In this document: piece by piece, positions 26,864-37,731 of the stretch
How the letters are laid out: the number at the start of each line of letters is the position of its first letter
Numbering within the stretch: the first letter of the stretch is position 1
Source of the DNA: Bacteroidota bacterium
GTDB taxonomy: Bacteria; Bacteroidota; Bacteroidia; AKYH767-A; OLB10
Direction of reading: 5' to 3'
DNA length: 64,000 nucleotides
Assembly (NCBI GenBank): GCA_046302815.1
Contig: JBKCHO010000055.1
Coordinates: 13,408-77,407 of the forward strand
The notes under the pieces: generated by a model
Database searches by the model: none
What the model was told of the DNA's origin: nothing
The model's input: the letters and a program-made list of their open reading frames with translations, nothing else
Translations under genes and position numbers: made by a program

Positions 26864-29536
26864 TTAAAACTTGATTAGCTTGTCATAGTAAGTGCCGTTG
26901 GCTGAACGAAGTTCCATGGTGTAGGAGCCAGGCGCCATCTCAAGGCTCAACTTGTTCGATCCGGCAACAAGATCTTTGCGCATTACCAACGAACCCAGTT
27001 TGTCATATATGATTATTTCAGCATCGAGCATTTTATTGGGGAGAACAATGGTCAACTGATCTGAAGCGGGATTTGGATAAACATTCACAGATGCATTCGC
27101 AAAACCATCACCAACTGAAGTATACAGATAGGGAAGCGATGATGTAGAGCATCCATTGGGTGCAGTTACCACAACCGTATAAAGTCCGTTTCCAGTAAGA
27201 GCCATATCATGTGATACACCGGTTGCTCCTGGAATGGCAGTGCCATTCAGATACCATTGGTTGCCATTCAGTGCGGTAGAGCTCAACACCGTTCCAGATG
27301 TATTGATAATAGGAACCGGCGGTGTTGGATTAACAACCCCCGTAACGGGAACCCTGTTACTCTTACAACCCTCTGTGATCTGCCAATTGTAGAAGAAATA
27401 ATAGAAATTGGCTGTGCTTGGATTGGGATTGTAAAATCCGGTAATAGAAACCGAACTGCCAGGGAATGTATAAGGATAAGTGGCGCCAAAGGAATTGTAA
27501 TAGAGTGGCACGCTGCTGGCGTCTAACTCCAAAGTATATCCAACACCCGGATTGATGGTCCAACCTAAGGTGATAGGCTGTAATCCAGAGAATGCAATTA
27601 CATTAAAGGTGGTTGTATTCAATATGGCTCCACCAATGCTTGAGCGCATGTTAATGGTAACAGGTCCTGATGTTCCACCAGGAGAGATGTACACCCTATC
27701 GAGGGAAACCGTCTGAGTGACATCGAAGGTCATACCCCAGTTACTTCCCGTAACGGGGAACTGTGTGCCAAATGAACTGTTGGCCGGGCCTACATTGTAG
27801 GTTCCACCTGCAGATGCTTCAACATAATAGGTGGTTGTGTTTCCGATATTGGGGCTATAAGTGCTACCAACATTGATACTGTTGCCTCCGGTGGCGGAGG
27901 TATACCATTCCAGAACACCTACCCCGTTTGCAGTAAGTGCTACCGTACCCGGACCACAAATCGTATCGTTTACAGTAACAGGATCTGTAACAGCCAACAC
28001 CGTTAGATCCAAGATCCCAGATGTGTCAGGAGCGCATCCACCGCTGGTAACAACGGCCCTGTATTGAAGTGTTGAAGTGGGACTCACTAGATATTGTGCC
28101 GTGGTACTTCCCGTGCCAGATTCATTCACCCAACCCGATCCACTATTGCTCTGCCATTGAATATTACCCGTATTTCCGGTTAGTGAAACGGTGGCATTGC
28201 TTCCCAAACAAATCGTGTCAGTTGAGATAACTGCATTGCCGGCTACAGATGCAGGACCTACATCCACAAACAGGCTGTCGATGTATCCACATAATCCGTC
28301 GTCACTTACCAAAGTGTAAGTGGTTGGAACTTGAGGCGCGGCTGTAACCGATGCGCCGGTAGTACTACTAAGTCCTGTGGATGGACTCCACGAAAAGTTA
28401 TAATTGGCATTATTGGTAACCGCAGTCAATGTTGTTGTTTGTCCCTGACACAATGCAGGAGGATTTGCATTGATGGTTGAAAGAGGGGCTGGCACCACAG
28501 TGGCAACGGTTGGTGTTCGGAGTCCTTCGCAACCCGTTTCATAAGTGATCTCCAAACGAGAGATTGATCCACCGGCTTCTTGCCAAATTTCCTGTGGAAG
28601 GGTAGTGGCGAGAGGGAACTGCATGCCCATACGAGTAATGGTTACCGTTGTGCCATTGATGGTAGTAGTAGCTGGAGAAGGCGCATAAGAATTGATATCA
28701 CCTGGACCTTTGGTTGCTAAAACACCTATGACCTCACCTGCCAAAATAGGAATGTTGACAGGTATCACCCCTGTAGAAGGATTGTTTTGTGTTACAAACA
28801 ATGTAGTAAATGCGTTCGTGGTAGTAGCGTAAACCGGTGGAGGTAAATTGTTATCGAAACGAATCACAGCTATGTTCTGAAGAGTTCCGTTATTACCTGG
28901 AACGAACAGTCCAGTGATGGTGAAGTTCGATGGAGCGGTGAAAAAATAACCGCGGGCATTGCTAGAGAAAGTAGATGCCTGAGGGGGCATAGGCGTAGTG
29001 CTTGCACCACCTGTGCTAGTGGCCGCTGCGCAGTAATATGTAGTGGTGGATGCCACATTGGTTGTAAAAGACTGACCCGTAGAAAGGGGTGTATTGCTAG
29101 TTGGACTATCGTACCATTTGAAAATACCATTTCCTACAGCATTCAATGTCACTGGACCGTAGCCGCAACGGGATGCTCCTTGCGTTACCGGAGCAGAAAC
29201 GCCTACTGTGATGGTGATTAAATTGGAAGTATCAGGTGCGCAACCAACAGCAGTAACTACAGCTCGGTAGTCCTTCGTAGAGGCAGGAGATACCGAATAG
29301 TTATCCGTTGTTGATCCTGTTCCCGTTTCATTGACCCATGTTGTGCCATTGAAACTTTGCCATTGAATCGACCCAATGTATGCTGTTAGTTGCAAAGAGG
29401 TAATTCCGTTTGGACAAATGGAATCAACCGTTGCGGTGGCTGTTCCTGCATCTGAGCAGGCCCTTGCGGGGATGGATGCGGCAATCGTCAAAAAACAGAT
29501 AACGAGTACCGATTTAAAAGTAGATTTCAACTTCAT
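26864..29536 (-). CDS. T9SS-sorted adhesin-like surface protein built from a duplicated super-module (Ig-like + Ig-like + uncharacterised YYFFYNW lectin-like module) plus a terminal Ig-like domain and T9SS CTD
   Basis: Signal MKLKSTFKSVLVICFLTIAASIPARA. Duplicated segments IQWQSFNGTTWVNETGTGSTTDNYSVSPASTKDYRAVVTAVGCAPDTS and IQWQSNSGSGWVNESGTGSTTAQYLVSPTSTLQYRAVVTSGGCAPDTS. Duplicated CGYGPVTLNAVGNGIFKWY and CGPGTVALTANGVGVLEWY domains. Two copies of a ~150-aa module ending ...EITYETGCEG and ...FYYFFYNWQITEGCKSN. C-terminal VNVYPNPASDQLTIVL...YTMELRSANGTYYDKLIKF is a T9SS CTD. Confidence 0.75.
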   Translation of the reverse strand: MKLKSTFKSVLVICFLTIAASIPARACSDAGTATATVDSICPNGITSLQLTAYIGSIQWQSFNGTTWVNETGTGSTTDNYSVSPASTKDYRAVVTAVGCAPDTSNLITITVGVSAPVTQGASRCGYGPVTLNAVGNGIFKWYDSPTSNTPLSTGQSFTTNVASTTTYYCAAATSTGGASTTPMPPQASTFSSNARGYFFTAPSNFTITGLFVPGNNGTLQNIAVIRFDNNLPPPVYATTTNAFTTLFVTQNNPSTGVIPVNIPILAGEVIGVLATKGPGDINSYAPSPATTTINGTTVTITRMGMQFPLATTLPQEIWQEAGGSISRLEITYETGCEGLRTPTVATVVPAPLSTINANPPALCQGQTTTLTAVTNNANYNFSWSPSTGLSSTTGASVTAAPQVPTTYTLVSDDGLCGYIDSLFVDVGPASVAGNAVISTDTICLGSNATVSLTGNTGNIQWQSNSGSGWVNESGTGSTTAQYLVSPTSTLQYRAVVTSGGCAPDTSGILDLTVLAVTDPVTVNDTICGPGTVALTANGVGVLEWYTSATGGNSINVGSTYSPNIGNTTTYYVEASAGGTYNVGPANSSFGTQFPVTGSNWGMTFDVTQTVSLDRVYISPGGTSGPVTINMRSSIGGAILNTTTFNVIAFSGLQPITLGWTINPGVGYTLELDASSVPLYYNSFGATYPYTFPGSSVSITGFYNPNPSTANFYYFFYNWQITEGCKSNRVPVTGVVNPTPPVPIINTSGTVLSSTALNGNQWYLNGTAIPGATGVSHDMALTGNGLYTVVVTAPNGCSTSSLPYLYTSVGDGFANASVNVYPNPASDQLTIVLPNKMLDAEIIIYDKLGSLVMRKDLVAGSNKLSLEMAPGSYTMELRSANGTYYDKLIKF

Positions 29537-29627
29537 GTGTTAAGGTTTAAATATTATGTGTGTGATTCACTTTACATCAAAGAAAAATAAAAAAAAGGAC
29601 AATTGCAAACATCTGTCTGCCAAATTG

Positions 29628-30599
29628 TTATGTGGTTTTTTGTGCATCATGTAGCAGAAAATCGATGTTTCTTCGCATGCCTTTCCAGCCCGTTCTTTGA
29701 ATGGGTGACCCCTCAAAAACCCGATTGAAAACATCTTCTGTAATCTCCATCCAATCACCCGCCGACATATTCAACAATTTCTGGCTTGCTTTTAATTCCA
29801 CCACTTTGGTAGGTAGCGAGAAGCGGTTCCATGGACAAACCTCTTGGCAAATATCACAACCAAAAGCATGATTCTCGAATTTTCCTTTCATCTCATTTGG
29901 TATGGCGTCTTTTAGTTCTATGGTGAAATAGGATATACAACGACTGCCATCAACTACATAGGGCTTAATGATGGCATCTGTTGGACATGCGTCTATACAT
30001 CGTGTACATGTTCCACAATGATCGCGTATTGGATTATCGTATTCAAGATCCAAATCAACAATCAATTCTGCGATGAAAAAATAGGATCCTGATTTGGGAT
30101 GAATCAGGTTGGTATTCTTACCCATCCATCCCAGGCCACTCTTCATGGCCCAAGCACGCTCCATCACGGGCGCCGAATCAGTGAAAGCCCTACCATGCAC
30201 ATCTCCGATTTCAGTTATTATGAAGTTCATTAATTCCCTTAACTTATCCTTGATCACCAAATGATAATCGCGGCCATAAGCATACCTAGAGATGCGAGGT
30301 GAGCCGTTTTCCTGCTGCATCTCCTCGGGATAATAATTTAACAAAAGTGAAATCACCGAGCGAGCCCCTTCCACCAATTTTGTTGGATCCAGTCGCTTAT
30401 CGAAGTTGCGCTCCATGTAACTCATTTGTCCGTGCATGCCTTTATTCAACCATGCTTCCAAACGAGGAGCCTCTTCCTCTAAAAATCCGGCTTGTGAAAT
30501 TCCAACGAATGAGAACCCGAGGCGCTTAGCTTCGTCCTTGATCCAATCCGTATGTTTCCTTTTTGTTGATTCCATTACAAAGGCGCCTGTTTGTTCCAT
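29628..30599 (-). CDS. queG: Epoxyqueuosine reductase
   Basis: Two 4Fe-4S ferredoxin motifs, [12 protein letters not shown] and [11 protein letters not shown], in a ~320-aa QueG architecture. The true start may be the internal MESTKRK. Confidence 0.85.
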   Translation of the reverse strand: MEQTGAFVMESTKRKHTDWIKDEAKRLGFSFVGISQAGFLEEEAPRLEAWLNKGMHGQMSYMERNFDKRLDPTKLVEGARSVISLLLNYYPEEMQQENGSPRISRYAYGRDYHLVIKDKLRELMNFIITEIGDVHGRAFTDSAPVMERAWAMKSGLGWMGKNTNLIHPKSGSYFFIAELIVDLDLEYDNPIRDHCGTCTRCIDACPTDAIIKPYVVDGSRCISYFTIELKDAIPNEMKGKFENHAFGCDICQEVCPWNRFSLPTKVVELKASQKLLNMSAGDWMEITEDVFNRVFEGSPIQRTGWKGMRRNIDFLLHDAQKTT

Positions 30600-31669
30600 G
30601 AAATCCTCAGGGACTTCAACGCCAAGTTCACTTTTGTTTCAAAAAACTTATATGATATCGAAGCCACCACAATAGCAAGGACCATTCCTACAACAAATGA
30701 AATCCATGGTGCATCCAAATAAGGCCATGAAAATTTTTCAGCGACCAGCCTCAAATATGCAAAGACCACAGGGTGCCACAAGTATAGCGAATAGGAGCAA
30801 TCTCCCACAGAAATCCATTTCTTGGATGCAAATACGAATACTCCGGATCTGTCACACAAAGCTGTAAAAAATACCCATGGCCAAATAAAAGCCAAATCTG
30901 TAAACAAGTTCACCTCCAAGCCGTGCCAACCGAGAACATGCATTAAGAATAATCCCGTTGAAAAAGTAAAACCAAAAAGACATATGTTTTGACTGAATTG
31001 CACGCGATTCATTATATCTCCAAGTAGTACTCCAGAAGCAAATAGCAATACCATCGGATTGCAAAAAAGATTCAAAGCGGCGATTGGATAATTGTAGTAT
31101 GCGACATAGCCCGGATGGAAGTTTCCATTGAATAGCAGCGGAAGGATAATGCCAAAGCACAGAAATATCAAAAACAAAACCTTGTATCCCAGCTTACCGA
31201 AAAAAAGAGAGCAGAAAAAAAGCAAATAGAAAAACATCTCGTAGTTCAATGTCCAGCCCACATCCAAAAGTGGATAACCATATTTGGGGCCTATGGTATC
31301 CGTCATTGGCGGAAAGAATAAAATTGTTTTCCAGATTCGATCGCTTTGCTCTGATAAAAATGCCCATGACAAATCATCAGCCACATATACGAAAGTTACA
31401 AACAAATACAATGGAACAATACGAACCAATCTGTTCCATCCGAAAACCCATGGAGATTTTGTTGGATTACCATCCTTATCTCTGGTGGTGTGATACATGA
31501 TCAACCCGCTGATGATAAAGAAAACCTGCACCCCCATCTCACCATTTGCAAATGGCTTGATGTTTCCATTATCCATGAACAAATATTGCAGATGGAACGC
31601 GCAAACCATGAGGGCTGCAACAGCCCTAAGCACTTGAATGTTATCCAATCTTTTTGATTCAACAAACAT
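30575..31669 (-). CDS. Acyltransferase family 3 (membrane O-acyltransferase)
   Basis: Ten predicted TM helices. The N-terminal motif [14 protein letters not shown] with the conserved His matches the acyltransferase_3 family. It overlaps queG by 25 nt. Confidence 0.7.
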   Translation of the reverse strand: MFVESKRLDNIQVLRAVAALMVCAFHLQYLFMDNGNIKPFANGEMGVQVFFIISGLIMYHTTRDKDGNPTKSPWVFGWNRLVRIVPLYLFVTFVYVADDLSWAFLSEQSDRIWKTILFFPPMTDTIGPKYGYPLLDVGWTLNYEMFFYLLFFCSLFFGKLGYKVLFLIFLCFGIILPLLFNGNFHPGYVAYYNYPIAALNLFCNPMVLLFASGVLLGDIMNRVQFSQNICLFGFTFSTGLFLMHVLGWHGLEVNLFTDLAFIWPWVFFTALCDRSGVFVFASKKWISVGDCSYSLYLWHPVVFAYLRLVAEKFSWPYLDAPWISFVVGMVLAIVVASISYKFFETKVNLALKSLRISWNKQAPL

Positions 31670-31713
31670 GGCTTGGCGGGATAAAATGACAGAAGTCCAT
31701 GTATGCAGAAAAA

Positions 31714-32817
31714 TCAGATTTCCTCAAAGAGAGAACCGGAAGGTCCAGGCCGTTTTTTGCCCAAATGCTTAAACGCTTTGTCGGTTATTTCTCGACCCCT
31801 CGGAGTTCTATTGAGAAAGCCCTCCATGATCAGAAATGGCTCATACACCTCCTCCAATGTGCCAGCCTCCTCTCCCACGGCGGTGGCAATCGTGTTGATT
31901 CCTACCGGACCGCCTTTGAACTTTTCTATAATGATGGTCAAAATGCGGTTATCCATCTCATCCAATCCATGCGCATCCACATTCAGCGCGTTCAATGAGT
32001 ATTCAACGATTGGATCATCGATGGTACCACTACCTTTTATCTGTGCAAAATCACGAACCCTACGAAGCAAGGCATTTGCTATTCGAGGAGTCCCACGGCT
32101 TCTACGGGCAATTTCAAAGGCTGCTGAATCTTCTATGGGCACCTTGAGTATTTCCGCGGAACGGAGTACAATCAATTGAAGCCGCTTCGCGTCATAATAT
32201 TCCAACCTTGCATTGATACCGAAACGAGCACGCAATGGAGAGGTTAACAAACCCGAACGCGTAGTGGCACCAACCAAGGTAAAAGGATTCAGTTTGATTT
32301 GAACCGTACGGGCATTGGGACCACTGTCAATCATGATGTCGATCCGGTAATCTTCCATGGCAGAATAGAGATATTCTTCCACTACCGGACTTAATCGATG
32401 GATCTCATCAATGAACAAAACATCATTTGGCTCCAAGTTGGTAAGTAATCCAGCCAAATCGCCAGGTTTATCCAAAACGGGGCCGGAGGTGATTCGAATG
32501 TTTACTCCTAACTCGTTCGCAATGATGTTTGCCAATGTGGTCTTGCCTAATCCGGGAGGACCATGCAACAACACATGGTCTAGGGACTCGGATCTTTTCT
32601 GTGCGGCTTTTACAAAAACCTTCAGGTTCTCAACCACCTTGTCTTGTCCGGTAAAATCACCGAACTCTACGGGCCTAAGCACCTTTTCCAGCTCCTTATC
32701 GATGCCTTGCTGTGATGATAGATTAGGATCTAGATTGGGATTCAAGGGCGTTTCTTTTTGAAAGTTCAAACGAGTTGGCTGGGGCCGATGTTGTAGAAAC
32801 CCTAGGGTCAACAACAC
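31714..32817 (-). CDS. ruvB: Holliday junction branch-migration helicase RuvB
   Basis: [23 protein letters not shown], Walker [12 protein letters not shown], the sensor/arginine region, and the C-terminal winged helix. Confidence 0.95.
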   Translation of the reverse strand: MLLTLGFLQHRPQPTRLNFQKETPLNPNLDPNLSSQQGIDKELEKVLRPVEFGDFTGQDKVVENLKVFVKAAQKRSESLDHVLLHGPPGLGKTTLANIIANELGVNIRITSGPVLDKPGDLAGLLTNLEPNDVLFIDEIHRLSPVVEEYLYSAMEDYRIDIMIDSGPNARTVQIKLNPFTLVGATTRSGLLTSPLRARFGINARLEYYDAKRLQLIVLRSAEILKVPIEDSAAFEIARRSRGTPRIANALLRRVRDFAQIKGSGTIDDPIVEYSLNALNVDAHGLDEMDNRILTIIIEKFKGGPVGINTIATAVGEEAGTLEEVYEPFLIMEGFLNRTPRGREITDKAFKHLGKKRPGPSGSLFEEI

Positions 32818-32829
32818 GGTGATTCAAAT

Positions 32830-33747
32830 CTACATATTTTCCAAAACACCTTTCCAAACCATAACGGAACGATCGTCGGATGCGGATAACAATTGTCCGT
32901 TACCGGGATGCCAAAGGATCTTGTTTACGGAGTTGACATGCCCTTTTGATCGGTCTTTGTCGATTCGTTGAATCACCTCGAAAGTATCAGGGTTCCAAAT
33001 CTTAATGGTTTTGTCACGGCTGGCAGTGGCAAATACCTCGGCATTGGGACTAAACTCAATGGAATAAATGGCGTAATTGTGTGCAGGGATGTCGGCCACC
33101 AGTTTAAACGAGTTCGATACATCATAAACCTTCATGTGTGCATCCCTGGAACCGGTCAGTAAAAATTTTCCATCAGGAGTAAAGCAAACAGCATTAGTAG
33201 AAAACCCCTCCAGATGGGCCTGCCAAGAAGCCACCTCCTGAAATTCAGGGAACGAGTATATCCGAACCTTGCCATCGCCAGAGCCCAAAGCCATCAAGGT
33301 TTGATTTTTATTCCATGCACAACCGCGCAACTTGCCTCCACCCAATGTGAACATTCGCTTCAAAGCAAAGTTGTCCCCCTCAATTATACCGAGTTCACCA
33401 TCCCCCGAAAGGGAAACAATCAGCTTATGTATGTCGGAATAACACAGGCTGAATACACCCGATTTGTGATACTGCAGCAATCTTTCCTCTTTTCGGGTAG
33501 CAAGATCTATAACATGGATACCGCCCGAGGCTTGTCCTACCAGCATCTTTTGGTTCGACAAGGGGAGGATGGAATAAACGATGTCGTTAACCTTGGCCAT
33601 CAAAGTTCCTTCATCTGGATGCTCCAGATCCCACTCGGCCACAACCCGGTCGCCACCACCAGAAAAGCAAGTATTGATCCCCGAGCAAGCCAATGCATAT
33701 ACTGAACCCGAATGTCCCGACAAAACAGCTGCACGAATCATTTCCAT
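32830..33747 (-). CDS. WD40-repeat beta-propeller protein
   Basis: Multiple WD-like units (GHSGSVYALA, ...SGDGKVRIYS, ...SRDAHMKVYD, ...SRDKTIKIWN, ...SDDRSVMVWK) ending in the classic WD dipeptide context. Confidence 0.7.
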   Translation of the reverse strand: MEMIRAAVLSGHSGSVYALACSGINTCFSGGGDRVVAEWDLEHPDEGTLMAKVNDIVYSILPLSNQKMLVGQASGGIHVIDLATRKEERLLQYHKSGVFSLCYSDIHKLIVSLSGDGELGIIEGDNFALKRMFTLGGGKLRGCAWNKNQTLMALGSGDGKVRIYSFPEFQEVASWQAHLEGFSTNAVCFTPDGKFLLTGSRDAHMKVYDVSNSFKLVADIPAHNYAIYSIEFSPNAEVFATASRDKTIKIWNPDTFEVIQRIDKDRSKGHVNSVNKILWHPGNGQLLSASDDRSVMVWKGVLENM

Positions 33748-33823
33748 GTTACAAAAATACCGAACCGAATCGGGTTAATGGATAGGTTGATCCTATTCCG
33801 GTTTTAAAAGCCAAATTTGCAGC

Positions 33824-34495
33824 ATGAGGCCTGACAAGGATTTCCATCAAATCATATCTAGCTTTATCCCCGGCATGCTTGCCGTAGCATTATTGTGGTG
33901 TGTGAAATGGTATGAAGTGGAAAATATGCGAAGCCTATCGGAATATGGATTGTTTCCCAGGAGATGGGATGGGTTCATTGGTATTTTCACCATGCCTTTT
34001 TTACATGGTGATTTGGAACACCTGATATCCAACTCCGTACCCTTGTTGGTGCTTTTAAGCGGACTCGTTTATTTCTATAAAAAACTCGCCTTTCGGGTAA
34101 CCCTTTGGATATGGCTTTTGAGTGGATTCTGGTTGTGGCTAGGAGGAAGATCGTCCTATCATATAGGAGCCAGTGCTGTCATTTATGGATTGACCGTATT
34201 TCTTTTCTTCAGCGGTGTTTTTCGAAAAGACCGGCGGTTGATGGCTCTTTCCTTGTTGGTGGTATTCCTTTACGGAGGACTTGTTTGGGGAATGCTTCCT
34301 GTTGTTGAGGAGTTATCGTGGGAAGGTCATCTTTTCGGTTCTTGCGCGGGGTTATTGATGGCCATTGTCTACAAAAAACAGGGGCCGCAACGACCGCCTT
34401 ACTCTTGGGAACTGGATAATGATGCAGATGTGGAGGACGGTCCCGAGGCCTATTGGAGGACAACTGAATCGAATCCGTTGCACAAAGAACCCTGA
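33824..34495 (+). CDS. Rhomboid-family intramembrane serine protease
   Basis: Six TM helices. GASAVIYGL is the GxSG active-site Ser motif, and a downstream His lies in the final TM (GHLFGSCAGLLMA). Confidence 0.7.
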   Translation: MRPDKDFHQIISSFIPGMLAVALLWCVKWYEVENMRSLSEYGLFPRRWDGFIGIFTMPFLHGDLEHLISNSVPLLVLLSGLVYFYKKLAFRVTLWIWLLSGFWLWLGGRSSYHIGASAVIYGLTVFLFFSGVFRKDRRLMALSLLVVFLYGGLVWGMLPVVEELSWEGHLFGSCAGLLMAIVYKKQGPQRPPYSWELDNDADVEDGPEAYWRTTESNPLHKEP

Positions 34496-34499
34496 GCCG

Positions 34500-34919
34500 C
34501 TAGGATTTTGATACCATCCGCCCCAACTTGTACCCGATCCATGAGAATGGGAAATACGCCAATAAAAGATCGCAAGCTTCAAACCATGCTGGTGCATCCA
34601 ATACGTGTACCATGTAAACACCTCCAAGAAAAAAAACCACTCCTGGTATTCTTCCAAGATTCCAGCTTTTAGTAGTAGAGAACCTCACTGCGATCCAGGA
34701 TGCCAAACAAGTGCCCAAAGCATGAGCTAGAAATATTACTGAAAAATGAATTGGCTCAAAGGACGACATGGCCAAAGACAGTCCCTCTTGCGTATTCAGG
34801 TCTACACCTGGAGGCAAAGGGATCCAAGTGCCGTTTAATCCGATTATGAAACTGTTCAAGAAGCCTCCAACTAGGAGACCGACTATGACGGCAAGCGTAT
34901 TCTTAATAAGGGGATGCAT
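34500..34919 (-). CDS. Hypothetical membrane protein (3-4 TM)
   Basis: Hydrophobic segments only. No motif recognised. Confidence 0.4.
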   Translation of the reverse strand: MHPLIKNTLAVIVGLLVGGFLNSFIIGLNGTWIPLPPGVDLNTQEGLSLAMSSFEPIHFSVIFLAHALGTCLASWIAVRFSTTKSWNLGRIPGVVFFLGGVYMVHVLDAPAWFEACDLLLAYFPFSWIGYKLGRMVSKS

Positions 34920-35016
34920 GGCTTATGTTTTATGTAAAAGTAATCTTGTTGATACAAAAAAACCAAAAGCCGCAGGATGTGTCCATCATGCGGCTTGATA
35001 AGCGAGGTTATTAAAA

Positions 35017-36681
35017 TCAGTACATGCTCAAGGGCTTGTCTTTATTGTGGGTTACCTCATACGAGAACTTCAGCGATTTGTATGCCTTAGAGTCTAATTT
35101 GAAATCCCACATCAGCGAGCCAGTAGTTGCATTGAAATCGGCCTTGTCCGAATCTTTTAGCTCAACTTTAATCTCGTTGGAACTTGACACTGGTATTTGA
35201 TCTTCCACTTTGAGATTAATTGGCCTACCCTTATTGCTTTTGATACGAAGCTCATATGCAATGGCGCGAGTTATTTCACTTCCAAAGAGCTTGTTGGATT
35301 CCTTTTCTTTCATTCGGGTTCTGGTAACCGTGATGGACTGGTCGCGTCCCATGGCTAAATCGAGTGTATCATTGATTACATTCGGGTTGATAACCGTTTG
35401 GCCGACATAGGTACCATCATAAAAAAGGTTGGCGTTTCCTGGCAGCAGATTGAGGTTTTCCCAACCTGTTACCCGAGCCAAAAGAAACGCTTCGCTTTCA
35501 ACCTTAGGAATCAGATAATGTGTGTATGTGGATGGTAATGTTTCCGTTTTTACCGCTACCATATGACTATTCCCATCCGAAGGGATATCATAATCGAGCC
35601 GGATTTCGAACTCCACATTGGCCATGGTTTCGATCAACTGAGAAAAATTAGCTGATGATTCTGCAGGGGATAGTGCTTTCATTTTTTGATAAAGGGACTC
35701 CTCCATGTCACTTGAGATGGATCCCACATTATTGGCGGATTGAGGACGAGCTCCTCCTGAAGAGATTTTGCGAGGAGCCGTGTAGTAATTCAGATACCAA
35801 ATGGGTAGTGTTGGTTTGATATGGCTTCGATTTGGGTTGGATGTGCTTAGTTTGATACGAATATTTTTCCAATCCTCTCCGGTACTTTGGTGCACATTGG
35901 CTTTATAGGTTAGCTTGATAGGCTCGCTTGTGTTTGTTGCTCGGAGATCATACGATGGAGTCCAACCCGCACCATTGACCAAATAACTTATTTCGACAAC
36001 GCCACTTGTTGGAGCATCGGCACTAATGGTAACCACTACTTGGTTGTCGGGCAGATAAGGCTTTTCGGGTTCGGTATCATCCTTGTAGGCTTGCAGCTCT
36101 TGCAATCGAATGGTGATGGACTCGAAAGTCTGGGTGTTTTTAAACTGCTCCCGCTTCGTTTTTCCGATGAGTGAGGTCAATTCTGATAGTCTTTTATGAA
36201 AAAAATCCATTGCTTGCTTCAGCACTTCCAACGAATCACTTTTCCCCTCTCCCTTGGCCAATTTATTTTTAACTATCATATCCTTTTCCAACTGCAATGC
36301 AGCCAAGCGGTCTTGCAACTCCTCCTTACGAAATCCCAACTCGCTAAGAGAGTCTTCCAGCAGCGCAATTTGCATTGAAATAGTCTTAGGAACCGGGAGC
36401 GTTTTAACGGGCTCAGGATACTTGATGCGATGTTTTACATCCGTAACTACAAAGCTGCCCTTCCCTCCCGCCTGAATGGTTGCAGGATTCATGTCTTGTG
36501 TCAATCCAGTAAATACAAGGTGGGTAATGCCTGAACCGATAGAAACCTGGGCTGATCTGAAAACCTGGGCGCCCTGGGTGAAGATGGTAACCTTTTGCAC
36601 ATCGGATTTAACTTTTCTCTCATCGGCAAATGCCAATTGGACTAATGAAATCAGTACCAATAATAATAGCTGCTTTTTCAT
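35017..36681 (-). CDS. DUF4139/DUF4140 (TIGR02231-type, mucoidy-inhibitor-A-like) secreted protein
   Basis: Signal MKKQLLLLVLISLVQLAFA, a central coiled coil (LQDRLAALQLEKDMIVKNKL), and a C-terminal beta-rich region. Size and layout match the TIGR02231 family. Confidence 0.55.
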   Translation of the reverse strand: MKKQLLLLVLISLVQLAFADERKVKSDVQKVTIFTQGAQVFRSAQVSIGSGITHLVFTGLTQDMNPATIQAGGKGSFVVTDVKHRIKYPEPVKTLPVPKTISMQIALLEDSLSELGFRKEELQDRLAALQLEKDMIVKNKLAKGEGKSDSLEVLKQAMDFFHKRLSELTSLIGKTKREQFKNTQTFESITIRLQELQAYKDDTEPEKPYLPDNQVVVTISADAPTSGVVEISYLVNGAGWTPSYDLRATNTSEPIKLTYKANVHQSTGEDWKNIRIKLSTSNPNRSHIKPTLPIWYLNYYTAPRKISSGGARPQSANNVGSISSDMEESLYQKMKALSPAESSANFSQLIETMANVEFEIRLDYDIPSDGNSHMVAVKTETLPSTYTHYLIPKVESEAFLLARVTGWENLNLLPGNANLFYDGTYVGQTVINPNVINDTLDLAMGRDQSITVTRTRMKEKESNKLFGSEITRAIAYELRIKSNKGRPINLKVEDQIPVSSSNEIKVELKDSDKADFNATTGSLMWDFKLDSKAYKSLKFSYEVTHNKDKPLSMY

Positions 36682-36908
36682 GTTGATTTGAATTTTAAAC
36701 TGTTTGGGAATCTTGTACTCCAGTCTTTTCAGAGCACTAGATTGTGGATGCTGAAAAGTCCATTAATCCACATTATACTACAGCAAAAACCCAATAGAAC
36801 GCAACAATCCTATAATTTGTTAGAATAGTTACACATATTGTCAAAACTGCGTAAAAACAATTGGCTCTTGCGTTTTGTTGAATTATGGTAAACTAAAACT
36901 TAAACAAA

Positions 36909-37625
36909 ATGGAACATTTAACTATTGGCAGTGACAACTATGTGGCCTTTACCTTCTTTATAGGTACAATGGCTATGATGGCAGCGTCTGTGTTCTTCTT
37001 CTTCGAGTTGAGCAACACTTCGCAAAAGTGGCGCACATCTGTGTTGGTATCAGGATTGATCACCTTCATTGCGGCTGTGCATTATTATTACATGCGAGGC
37101 TATAACCTCGAGACGGGAGAATCACCTACATTCTTCCGTTATGTGGATTGGATTTTGACCGTTCCACTCATGTGCGTTGAATTTTACCTGATTACCCGTA
37201 AAGCTGGTGCCAAAATCGCATTGCTTTGGAAGCTCATCTTCGCTTCATTGGTGATGTTGGTAACCGGATACATCGGAGAGACTATCGACCGCGATGGTAG
37301 TGTATTGTGGGGCGTGTTGTCTGGAGCCGCTTATTTCTACATCGTATACCTTATTTGGTTCGGCGAAGTGGCCACCTTGGCTAACAATGCAGGTGCACAG
37401 GTTGCTAAAGCCACCCGTACGCTCGCTTGGTTCGTACTTGTAGGTTGGGCTATTTATCCACTCGGTTACATTTTAGGAACACCAGGAGGATTATTCGGAA
37501 TCCAATTGGTGTCCGATCCGGCTGCTGCATCGCATGCCATGGATATTGTATATAACATCGCTGATGCGGTCAACAAGATCGGATTCGGTCTAGTTATTTA
37601 TGCATTAACCCGCTCTGAAGATTAA
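36909..37625 (+). CDS. Proteorhodopsin (light-driven proton pump with a DTE motif, Met at the spectral-tuning position)
   Basis: Seven TM helices. RYVDWILTVPLMCVEFY gives D80/T84/E91, equivalent to proteorhodopsin D97/T101/E108. M88 sits at the tuning position. H58 is equivalent to H75. The Schiff-base lysine K223 is in ADAVNKIGFG. Confidence 0.9.
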   Translation: MEHLTIGSDNYVAFTFFIGTMAMMAASVFFFFELSNTSQKWRTSVLVSGLITFIAAVHYYYMRGYNLETGESPTFFRYVDWILTVPLMCVEFYLITRKAGAKIALLWKLIFASLVMLVTGYIGETIDRDGSVLWGVLSGAAYFYIVYLIWFGEVATLANNAGAQVAKATRTLAWFVLVGWAIYPLGYILGTPGGLFGIQLVSDPAAASHAMDIVYNIADAVNKIGFGLVIYALTRSED

Positions 37626-37642
37626 TCTTTAAAGAACTATTG

Positions 37643-37684
37643 AAGCCGGATACCCGAATCACCTTTCAGGTATCCGGCTTTTTA
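37643..37684 (+). terminator. Rho-independent terminator after the proteorhodopsin gene
   Basis: Hairpin AGCCGGATACC-cgaatcacctttcag-GTATCCGGCT followed by TTTTT. Confidence 0.7.
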
Positions 37685-37731
37685 ACTTATTCCATTAGTA
37701 TTGGCTTAATCGAGTCGCCCCGGTTTTACCC

